A DNA stretch of 64,000 nt from Macrostomum lignano (lineage: Eukaryota), in contig NIVC01000435.1 in assembly GCA_002269645.1 (NCBI GenBank), positions 97,099 through 161,098 of the forward strand, given 5' to 3'. Position 1 is the first letter of the stretch; each line of letters opens with the position of its first letter. Below, piece by piece: positions 32,601 through 44,600 of this stretch. The translations under genes and the position numbers were made by a program. Under the pieces are notes generated by a model, which saw only the letters and a list, made by a program, of their open reading frames with translations, searched no databases and had not been told where the DNA came from.

Positions 32601-35600
32601 TTTGGGATTCACACAGTCTAGAATGGGGATCTATTCGAATTCAGAATTTCTGGGATTTGGGATTCACACAGTCTGGAATGGGGATCTATTCGAATTTACC
32701 ATTTCTGGGATTTGGGATTCAAGTTAGTGATTGACCCGCAGTCTTCTGAGGAATTTTTGGGATCAATGATTAGATCAGTAACATGGTTTTTTCTACACTA
32801 CACCTCACCTTTGCAGGTGTCTGCCAGGCTGGGACGGCCCCGACTGTTCCAGGTGCGTCCCGATGCCGAACTGCAGCCCGAAGCACGGCTTCTGTCGCCA
32901 ACCGATGGAGTGCGAGTGTAAAAAGGGTTACGGCGGCATGCTGTGCGACATTGGTGAGTCACGGGAGATTTCTATGTGAAACTAGTGTCTTTGCAACCAG
33001 TTTTGTAATTTATCTTGAAAAATGATTGTAATCCCTAGATCCGAATTTCAATTTCATTAACTCAAAAGTCCATATCTCGATAGAATTTGACTTTTATAGC
33101 TTAGCTTTTTAAATCTCTTTGTCAGCTGTCTGTATCGTGTCTGTCAACCTGACTGTGTCTTTGTCAGCTGTATCGTGTGTCTTTGTCAACCTGATTGCGT
33201 GTCTTTGTCAGCTGTATCGTGTGTGTCTTTGTCAACGTGATTGTGTGTCTGTCAGCTGTATCGTGTGTCTTTGTCAGCTGTATCGTGTGTGCTTGTCAAC
33301 CTGATTGTGTCTGTCAGTTTTTTGTGTCCTTTTAAATGAAACTTTTCTTTAAAACTTTGAGCGTCTACAACTGCGAGTATTTATCAGTTAGTAAAATCGT
33401 AGCATCGCAGCTGTCTGCTTAATTATGTTTCATAATTTGGAAAAATTGGTAGATTTAAAAAATAACTAGATCCTACTGTCTTTTCAATTCATTAATTTAG
33501 CCATGTATGCAAAAAGCTCGCACAAAGACTAGTGGGTAGGTACTGATGCAGAGATGGGTCGAGGGAGTATATATATCAGTAAAATAGATGGCTATCTTTC
33601 CCATGGCTGCTAGGGTAGTTAAGGAAGGTCCTAAGCCTGCAGTTGTTGCTAACGAGCTAACGGCGAACAGCAAAGGAAAGGTTGTCTGTCTGTCGCCAAA
33701 TCCGCGATTTCGGCTACAGATGATTACGAATTCAAATGATTACTTGGCAGAGTGAGTCACCGTTCTAGCTTCCTTCCTTCCTTCCTTCCGGTTTTCCAGC
33801 TCCCATGCAGAGTCGGGGGGACTGAAAAGGATCAAGGTGCAAAATACCTAAGGTATAGAGTCCCCCCCCCTAGTTTCTCTCCCCTGTAGCGCTTGGTGGC
33901 TTTAAATCAACAAATCCTACAGCTAGTAGACAAAGACCTGTCTCCATCTGCAGGCAGGTCGACATGTCTACTGGCTGAAGTGGGGCTTTAGCTTGAATAA
34001 TAATTTCTAAATCTTACTAATGAAAGGAAAATATAGTATCTCCAAGGGCTTATTTATAATCCCGTTAATTACTCTTAGCGAAATAGCAGTTTCTATATGC
34101 GGATGGTATGCAGATATATTACAATGCTAGTCCCTCATACAATGCTATAGCTATATAGCTGTATTTCACAATCGAAATTATCTATTATACTATGCTATTT
34201 TTGGCGCCAGAAACCATCATCTGGCGGCGCTATTTTTGGCGCCAGAAACCGTCATCTGGCGGCGCTATTTTTGGCGCTAGAAACCATCATCTGTCGGCGC
34301 TATTTTTGGCGCCAGAAAACATCATCTGTCGGCGCTAATAATATAGCGCTTTTTTGGCGCCTAAAACAACCATCTGGCGGTGGTGCTAATAATATAGCGC
34401 TATTTTTGGCGCCTAAAACAACCATCTGGCGGTGCTAATAATATAGCGCTATTTTTGGCGCCTAAAACAACCATCTGGCGGTGCTTATAATATGGCGCTA
34501 TTTTTGGCGCCTAAAACAACCATCTGGCGGTGCTAATAATATAGCGCTATTTTTGGCGCCTAAAACAACCATCTGGCGGTGCTTATAATATGGCGCTATT
34601 TTTGGCGCCAGAAACCGTCATCTGGCGGCGCTATTTTTGGCGCTAGAAACCATCATCTGTCGGCGCTATTTTTGGCGCCAGAAACCATCATCTGGCGGCG
34701 CTAATAATATGGCGCTAGAAACCATCATCTGTCGGCGCTATTTTTGGCGCCAGAAACCATCATCTGGCGGCGCTAATAATATGGCGCTATTTTGGCGCCA
34801 AAAACCGGCGCTAAAACTGAAGAAAATCAGACAACTTTGTGATTTCCTCATGTTGAAAGAATCTTTTAAGAAAAAATAGGAAGTCCGAATGACCAGGAAA
34901 AGGCGGGCACATACACAAGTCTGGTTAATGCGCAGTATTTTGAAAAGAAACTACATCCTATTATTACCTGGTATGGAAGCATGCTTGCAACAATTATACT
35001 GTCCAGTCCAGGCAACACGCCATACGAGCTGTAGTAATAATAAAACAAAAGGGTTACGCTGTACGCACAAAGACCAACAAGTGTGCAATGCACAGGGAAT
35101 CTTTGTTGCTTTTTCACCTATACTTAATGCTTCGCTTACGGTGTACCTGTACAGTGTATGTATATTACATTAGTTTCTATTGCAGTAATAGTTTAGCATA
35201 TACTATAAGACTCGAAGATTTTGCTACATTCATCGCAAACAGGCTTTCCCTGAACCCGTCATCTTTCCATTGCGGGGTCTTTTTCGCTAAGGGTCTCCTA
35301 GAAGCGGAAGACCAAGAAAGAGAAACTTGTCATTTGATCCGCTTCTTACTTGACTTTCCTGTTGGTCAATGAAACTCCAGTGTTATTTTTTACAGTGTAG
35401 CTAAACCCTGCACTAGGCGCTCGATTCTTAGGTGTCTTAGTTAGCTTTAGAGCTCTATAGCTTTGCTACCTTGTCATTCTTCAAGTGGTTGTAGTCAAAT
35501 AGCGATGTGTTATGTTTCTACTACGATGGGAATGAGATTAGGTAAATGAATGTACCATAGAGATGAGATCTCGTGCTGTTGGTGTCACATAGGCATGAGA

Positions 35601-38600
35601 CCTCATTGGTGTCTCATAGGGATGAGATCTCATTGGTGTCTCATATAGGGATGGGATCTTATTGGTCTCTCATAGGGATGAGATCTCATTGGTTGCTCAT
35701 AGGGAAGAGATCTCATTGGTGTCTCCTATAAGGCATGAGATCTCATTGGTGTCTCATAGGGATGAGATTTCATTGGTGTCTCCTATAAGGGATGAGATCT
35801 CATTGGTGTCTCATAGGGATGAGATTTCATTGGTGTCATAAGGGATGAGATCTCATTGGTGTCTCATAGGGATGAGATTTCATTGGTGTCCTATAAGGGA
35901 TGAGATCTCATTGGTGTCTCATAGGGATAAGATTTTATTGATGTCTCCTATAAGGGATGAGATCTCATTGGTGTCTCATAGGGATGAGATTTCATTGGTG
36001 TCTCCTATAAGGGATGAGATCTCATTGGTGTCTCATAGGGATAAGATTTTATTGATGTCTCCTATAAGGGATGAGATTTCATTGGTGTCTCCTATAAGGG
36101 ATGAGATCTCATTGGTGTCTCATAGGGATAAGATTTTATTGGTGTCTCCTATAAGGGATGAGATTTCATTGGTGTCTCCTATAAGGGATGAGATCTCATT
36201 GGTGTCTCATAGGGATAAGATTTTATTGGTGTCTCCTATAAGGGATGAGATTTCATTGGTGTCTCATAAGGATGAGATCTCATGCTGAATTGGTGTCCCG
36301 TACCCGTAGGGATGGGATTTCATTGATGTCTCAGGAATAGTCACCTAGATGTGAGATTTCAGAATAATTGGAGTACTTAATGTTTGAAATAGATAAAGAT
36401 TACTTATAATCATACATGCAGTTATATAAAAACAAAATATCTGATCTTTACATGAAATCTTCACTCGCAGATCTGCAGTGGTGCCGCAACAATCCAAATC
36501 CGTGCGAGAACGGCGGCCGCTGCGTCAACAAAGACGGTTTGGGCTATAACTATACCTGCCTCTGCCAGCCGGGCTACACCGGGTTTCACTGCGAGAAAGA
36601 GTTGAACGACTGCAGACTGACTGGCTGCGCCAACGGCGGCACTTGCCCATCGGTAAGGGGTTAGGGGTGCTGTGCAGGTATGATTGTGTCCATTGTGTGC
36701 AGGTAGATGCTCATTGATTCAAGTGACAGGTAGTTATTTAATGTCTTATTCCTAGCCTTTTGTACTCATGTACTGGGGCTTCTTCCCATGGTCCTCAATC
36801 AGTTGGGTCACCGCTTCTTCTCATGGTCCTCAATCATTGAGTGCCGCAGCTTCTTCCCATGGTCCTCAATCAGTTGGGTCACCGCTTCTTCTCATGGTCC
36901 TCAATGACAATCATTGAGTGCCGCAGCTTCTTCTCATGGTCCTCAATCATTGAGTGCCGCAGCTTCTTCTCATGGTCCTCAATCATTGAGTGCCGCAGCT
37001 TCTTCTCATGGTCCTCAATCAGTTGGGTCACCGCTTCTTCTCATGGTCCTCAATCAGTTGGGTCACCGCTTCTTCCCATGGTCCTCAATCAGTTGGGTCA
37101 CCGCTTCTTCTCATGGTCCTCAATCAGTTGGGTCACCGCTTTTTCTCATGGTCCTCAATCAGTAGGGTCACTGCTTCTTCTCATGGTCCTCAATCAGTTG
37201 GGTCACCGCTTCTTCTCATGGTCCTCAATCAGTTGGGTCACCGCTTCTTCTCATGGTCCTCAATCAGTAGGGTCACCGCTTCTTCCCATGGTCCTCAATC
37301 AGTAGGGTCACCGCTTCTTCTCATGGTCCTCAATCATTGAGTGCCGCAGCTTCTTCTCATGGTCCTCAATCAGTTGGGTCACCGCTTCTTCCCATGGTCC
37401 TCAATCAGTTGGGTCACCGCTTCTTCTCATGGTCCTCAATCAGTTGGGTCACCGCTTCTTCCCATGGTCCTCAATCAGTAGGGTCACCGCTTCTTCTCAT
37501 GGTCCTCAATCATTGAGTGCCGCAGCTTCTTCTCATGGTCCTCAATCATTGAGTGCCGCAGCTTCTTCTCATGGTCCTCAATCAGTTGGGTCACCGCTTC
37601 TTCTCATGGTCCTCAATCAGTAGGGTCACCGCTTCTTCCCATGGTCCTCAATCATTGAGTGCCGCAGCTTCTTCCCATGGTCCCCAATCAGTTGGGTCAC
37701 CGCTTCTTCTCATGGTCCTCAATCATTGAGTGCCGCAGCTTCTTCTCATGGTCCTCAATCAGTTGGGTCACCGCTTCTTCTCATGGTCCTCAATCAGTTG
37801 GGTCACCGCTTCTTCCCATGGTCCTCAATCAGTTGGGTCACCGCTTCTTCTCATGGTCCTCAATCATTGAGTGCAGCAGCTTCTTGCCATGGTTCTCATT
37901 CATAGCACCGCTGCTTTTTATGGTCCTTCGGTCCTCTTTCATTTGGGCTGCCATTTTTTCAGTCGAATTCCAATTCACCCATACCACCACCACCCCCTTC
38001 AGAACTCGAGTGGCAAAAAAGTCGTAGCGGATTTGCCGCCTAGCAACGCCTTGACAACGGCAACGCCGATTGACAGTTCTGACACGCGCTGCCATTGCCG
38101 GCCGGGCTTCACCGGTCGCCGGTGCCAGTTCAACATCACCAGGTGCTCGGAGGGACCCTGCCAGGGTCGCGGTCGGTGCCGGGACCTGCCGGCCAGAGCT
38201 GGGGGCGGCTTCGCCTGCGACTGCGATGCTGGCTGGTCCGGTCAGAACTGCGAGATCAACACGGACGATTGCAAGCCCGGCTATTGTCTGAATGGTGAGC
38301 GGGCTGGATGAATAATCATTACTTTTCGGATTAGCGATAATCCACTTGAAATGTTTTTTAAGTACAGATTATATAGACGGGCGATATTCTTCGTCAGGAT
38401 AATTGTTTGGGTTAGTGATAATCTACATGTGATCAACATTGCTTGGATTAGTTATAATCTACATAGGATTAACATTGCTTGTATTAGTAATAATCTACAT
38501 GGGATTAACAATGATTGGACTAGTGATAATATAAATGGGATTAACATTGCTTGGATTAGTGATAATCTACATGGGATTAACATTGCTTGTATTAGTGATA

Positions 38601-41600
38601 ATCTACATGGGATTAACATTGATTGGATTAGTGATAATCTACATAAGATTAACATTGCTTGTATTCGTGATAATCTACATGCGATTAACATTGATTGGAT
38701 TAGTGATAATCTACATAAGATTAACATTGCTTGTATTCGTGATAATCTACATGCGATTAACATTGATTGAATTAGTGATAATCCAAATGGGATTATTGCT
38801 TGGATTAGCGATAATCTACTGTCTGGATTTAAATGGCTATTGAAATTTTGTTTAAAAAATCCAGGCCATTTTATAGGAATTTTTGGTGTAGAAATCGGCA
38901 GATTTTTACCTGAGCTACCTGACGATGAAGTGCAGCGAGTGCTTAATTCACAATGGCGCTGGGTGCTGAACGGCAGTTCAGAGAATGATTTATAGCTGGT
39001 CAGTGACCAGCGCAGGAGAGTGGGGTACGCTCGCGGGCCATTTAGTATGGAAATTGCATTCTAATTTCGCCTCCATCTAAATGAGCATATGGTTTAAGTA
39101 TTATAAATGACTGAGTAGAGGTAAGGGCTGAGGGAGGTTGGAGGTCAGTGCTGGGAGCGCTGGTGGATTGCCCCCCCCCCCCTGACAGGTGCAGATTGGG
39201 CGCAGCTGTGTGTTTTTAGGCTGCGTGTATATTCTGGGTTTTGAGGGTGTAGCTGTGCGACCTGTTGAATGAGTTCTGTGCTCTTGGTGCTCGCCAAAGT
39301 TCAAGCTGTCACGAGTTCTCGATATTAATTATTAATAGAATTGCTTAGGTCAAAGGTTCATTTAATCATTCCCTGAACAATTGAAGGCTAAATCGTTTAA
39401 CCTTTTCGTCATTTCAAGAGTCATATTTCACCTCTTCGTGACGCATATTCTATTAACTCTTTAATGGCTTTTAATTTGATACATTGGGTCATAAATTATT
39501 GCTATCTCATTTCATAGGAATTCAGGGTCCCGCTGTGATCTGACTTCATGAGAATTTCAGGGATGTCATATCCCGCTGTGATCTGACTTCAGAAGAATTT
39601 CAGGGATGTCATATCCCGCTGTGATCTGACTTCAGAAGAATTTCAGGGATGTCATATCCCGCTGTGATCTGACTTCAGAAGAATTTCAGGGATGTCATAT
39701 CCCGCTGTGATCTGACTTCAGAAGAATTTCAGGGATGTCATATCCCGCTGTGATCTGACTTCAGAAGAATTTCAGGGATATCATATCCCGCTGTGATCTG
39801 ACTTCAGAAGAATTTCAGGGATGTCATATCCCGCTGTGATCTGACTTCAGAAGAATTTCAGGGATGTCATATCCTGCTGTGATCTGACTTCAGAAGAATT
39901 TCAGGGATGTCATATCCCGCTGTGATCTGACTTCAGAAGAATTTCAGGGATGTCATATCCTGCTGTGATCTGACTTCAGAAGAATTTCAGGGATGTCATA
40001 TCCCGCTGTGATCTGACTTCATGCGAATTTCAGAGATGTCATATCCCGCTGTGATCTGACTTCAGAAGAATTTCAGGGATGTCATATCCCGCTGTGATCT
40101 GACTTCATGCGAATTTCAGAGATGTCATATCCCGCTGTGATCTGACTTCAGAAGAATTTCAGGGATGTCATATCCCGCTGTGATCTGACTTAAGAAGAAT
40201 TTCAGGGATGTCATATCCTGCATATCATATCCTGTCATATCCTATATTCATGAGAATTTCGGGGGTGTCATTCTTTGTTCTTTATTCTTCGGGACCATCA
40301 ACATCATGAGATTTGGTCGATTAACAATGGAAAGCTATCTCTGTTTTTAAGTGTACTCTGAAAATATAAAGTTAAAAGTAGTTAGTACTGTTTAAATAGA
40401 CTGTTAAATATAGTTTCAATCCGGAATGCATGTAAACAGGTTTACTAGCACTCCCTGTTGCTGATAATAATTATATCTGATACGAACTGATGTTTAGTCA
40501 CGTGCTAATTATCCAAACAGCGCAATATGTAGCGGGGGTTATTGATCAAAGAATGAAATATATATTGGATTATAAGGATTTTGATATGGGGATTGATAAT
40601 CTCTGCTAGGCTATAGGTGTGTTAAAACTGCTGTTTATTAATTATTAATTAGAGAATATAATTGCAGTAAAATATCCCCAGGGTTGCCCTAGCCTGGTTT
40701 ATTAAGCCTGTTTTTAACCCCGGCCAGGTACTCCGACAGCCAGTTACAATGGTAAGGGAGACAATCAGCATTTAATATTAATAATTATTATTCTATAGTT
40801 TTATCGCCAACAAAGAAAATATGCGGTTGACAATGTACAGGTAAACCTCAGTAAATACCTGTGAGTCTGATAAGATACATGAACGAGTGTTCACTTAAAT
40901 GTAAGACTTCAAAGTCGCAAGGGTGAGATTTTTGTCTCAGAATCGCGGTGTTGAGAATTTAGATCTCAAATCCTAGGTTGAGATTTTAGATCTCAAATCG
41001 CAGGGTTGAGATGATCTCAGAATCGCATGAGTGAGATTTTATAGTTGAGATTTTAAAATTTGTCTGTGTAAACGGTCAATCATTATCAAGGTGTTCGTTT
41101 TTTCACGTGTTCGTTTTTTATTATATAAAGCTAACACATATTAAGGTCACAATGACGACATTTTTATCTTTTGACGGTCACACGAGTGACCGTTTTGTGA
41201 TTGTCACATTTGAAGGTCACGCGATGGTCACGCGAGTGTTTTTTATGGTCACATTCACATTAGTAAATGACTATCACTATCACATCAAGGTCACAAGTGT
41301 GACAGGCAGTGCTACATTGACATTTTTTACTTTCATAAAAAATTGTGACCGTCCCACTCTTATACGGGTCAAAAATCATAGTTCTGGGATCTTGTCGGAC
41401 CATTGAGGATATAAATTTTAGAGAAACCTATCTAGCATTTGGAATTTCAGATTTTTTATATGAAATTTAATAGTCCAAATCCAAAATTTTACATACGTAT
41501 TGCTATGTTGTATTGTATTCTAAGAATAGGGCTGTCTGCAACCGACAGGTGCAGTTACACTGCACCGCTCACAGAGCTTGTCTCAGCACGTGCAATGTTG

Positions 41601-44600
41601 CATTTCTCATAAAAAGCCTGGCTAGTGAAGGGACATAAGAATTCATTCAGCTTGTCTTAATTACTGTTCGTTCCCAATCCCTTTTCAAACTTTGGCCGCA
41701 ACAAAACCTATGCTGCAAGATGGTATGCATGCTAAAAAAGCACTTATTTTATTAGTTTCTAAATCTTATCTAAAACAGGCACTAAAGGTAATAGGTGACT
41801 GTCTAATGTGTCATGTTTGGGCGCTAAGATGATTGGCCAAGACAAAAAAGCTCCAAGATAAGATGATTGCTACAGCACCAAAATGAGATGATTGCTACAG
41901 CGCTAAAATGAGGTGATTGCTACAGCACTAAAATGAGATGATTGCTACAGCACTAAAATGAGATGATTGTTACAGCGCTAAAATGAGGTGATTGCTACAG
42001 CACCAAGATAAGATGATCGTTACAGCGCTAAAATGAGATGATTGCTACAGCACCAAAGTGAGATGATTGTTACAGCGCTAAAATGAGATGATTGCTACAG
42101 CACCAAAATGAGATCATTGTTACAGCACTAAAATGAGATGATTGCTACAGCACCAAAATGAGATCATTGTTACAGCGCTAAAATGAGGTGATTGCACTAC
42201 AGCACCAAGATAAGATGATAGTTACAGCGCTAAAATGAGATGATTGCTACAGCACCAAAGTGAGATGATTGCTACAGCACCAAAATGAGATGATTGCTAC
42301 AGCACCAAAATGAAATGATTGCTACAGCACCAACATAAGATAATTGCTACAGCACCAAAATTAGATGATTGCTACAGCACCAAAATGAGATGATTGTTAC
42401 AGCGCTAAAATGAGGTGATTGCTACAGCACCAAGATAAGATGATCGTTACAGCGCTAAAATGAGATGATTGCTACAGCACCAAAACGAGATGATTGCTAC
42501 GGCACCAAAATGAGATGATTGCTACAGCACCAAAATGAGATGATTGCTACAGCACCAAAATGAGATAATTGCTACTTAATACAGGTTATTAATTGTTTGG
42601 ATTCGGTTATTTAGTTTTGTTCTCTCCCTGTCCCTCGGGCCAATAGCATGGAACATTGTTCGTTCTTGACTTTGATTAATGATTTTTTGCGGTTTCTTTC
42701 CATAGAGCGACCGGGCAGCGGTAAACAGGGGAGTAGCGGTGAGGGAGCCTTCCTTTCCGCTCAACAACCCCCTCCCCCTCATAAAAACCTGTTTGCAAAT
42801 CCAGGGGCGTTTGTAACTTAGCAATGGTTCCCCAACGTAGGGGTATATCCTACCCTGTTGTAAGTTCTTATCATAGTACCAGAGAAGAACCGCCCTGTCC
42901 TACCCCCTTAAGCAAGGGTACTTGTCTTCGGCTATAAGCTTGCATACAGGGTGTTTTTATGTTGCGTTGCGCTATTTTTCTCATTAATAACAAAATGGGC
43001 GGAGCGGGTTAGCTGTTGGTTGAAACTATAGTAGCTATTCATTGATACTGGGTATTGAATGGTAAGTAATTAATGTCTTTCCTTCAGTAGCTATGCTCTC
43101 CCTACCAATTCAACTTTACCCTTTGTATGTTAGCTGCAAACTCGATGGCTTTATTGACATAGTGATTTTTTATTATGAGATCTGCATGGTACTTGTGTTG
43201 CATTCTTGTAAATAAATAAGAATGAGATTGATTGTCCACGGCTCCTAACTGAGCCAAAACCAAGAAAACAAGTATCGCCCTCTGGCGTGCACCAGGTCTA
43301 TTTATAGACTTATCAAAAATGGGGTGGCACCGTCACAACTTGATTTATTCAGAAGTTTGTTTGTAGGTTGGTTCTGAGATATTTATTCGGGGCTCGATTC
43401 TGGAATCTATTCGGGAGTCGAATTTGGGATCCATTTTCCGACTCATTCTGGGATCTATTCGGGACTCGAATCTGGGATCTATTCGGGACTTGAATCTGAA
43501 ATCTATTCGGGACTTGAACCTGGGATCTATCTGAGACTTAAATCTGGGATCTATTCGGGACTCGAATCTGGGATCTATCTGTGACTCAAACCTGGGATCT
43601 TTTCGGGACTCGAATCTGGGATCTATCTGTGACTCAAACCTGGGATCTATCTGTGACTCAAACCTGGGATCTATCTGTGACTCAAACCTGGGATTTTTCG
43701 GGACTCGAATCTGGGATCTATTAGGGACTCGAATCTGGGATCTATCTGGGACTTAAATCCGGGATCTATCCGAGACTCGAATCTGAGATCTATCTGGGAC
43801 TTAAATCCGGGATCTATCCGAGATGTATCTGAAACTCAACTCCAAGATCTATCTGAAACTCGAATCTATGATCTATTCGAGACTCGAATCAGGAATGAAT
43901 CTGTGACTCGAATTTGGGATCTTTTCGGGACTAGAATCTGGGACCTATTCTGGACTCGAATCTGGGATCTATGTGGGACTCGATTCTATGATTAATAATA
44001 GTTGTAGCAATATAGCTTTTGCCTCTTACAAACTGAATTGCATTTTAGCCTCAAGGACCTGACATAACTTAGCTTAAACTTTCTTAATTATTAATAATTT
44101 GCACGAACAGACTAAAGAGATACGCAATCAAGCGTGTGTCTAGCGCAATGCTCTACGACCTAATTACTTTTTTGGCGATTAAACGTTTCTTGTCCTGGCA
44201 ATGCTGCATGTGCCACTCGACGAATTATGCAGGGTTTTAATTATGTTAAATATATGCTAATTTTATAGATATGCTAATTAATCGTTTCGCCTGCGTAGGC
44301 GGAGGCTGCGCCCATGAAGTTCCTTATTTAGTTTCCAATCAAATCTTCTAGGAGCATGGTAGCAGTTGCCAAGGAGACGACGCCGCATATCTGCAGACAA
44401 ATTCAATACGGCTAAAGGCTCGCCACCGTCTTCTCGTGCTAATCTTTGCCGTTCCAATCCACGCGCGAAATTGCGCTTAGCAACAAACAGAATACGCTGC
44501 GTGTTTCTGCTTTTTCTGCTTCAACTCTCCATCTTACACACAGCTCAGCCGTGTGAAGCTTATGTAATTAGTCTGACTAGCTGCTCATCATTAGCTCAAG

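Noticed and set aside
35386-35399. CACTA/EnSpm right terminus TTTTTTACAGTG
   Set aside because: No matching left end or TSD found
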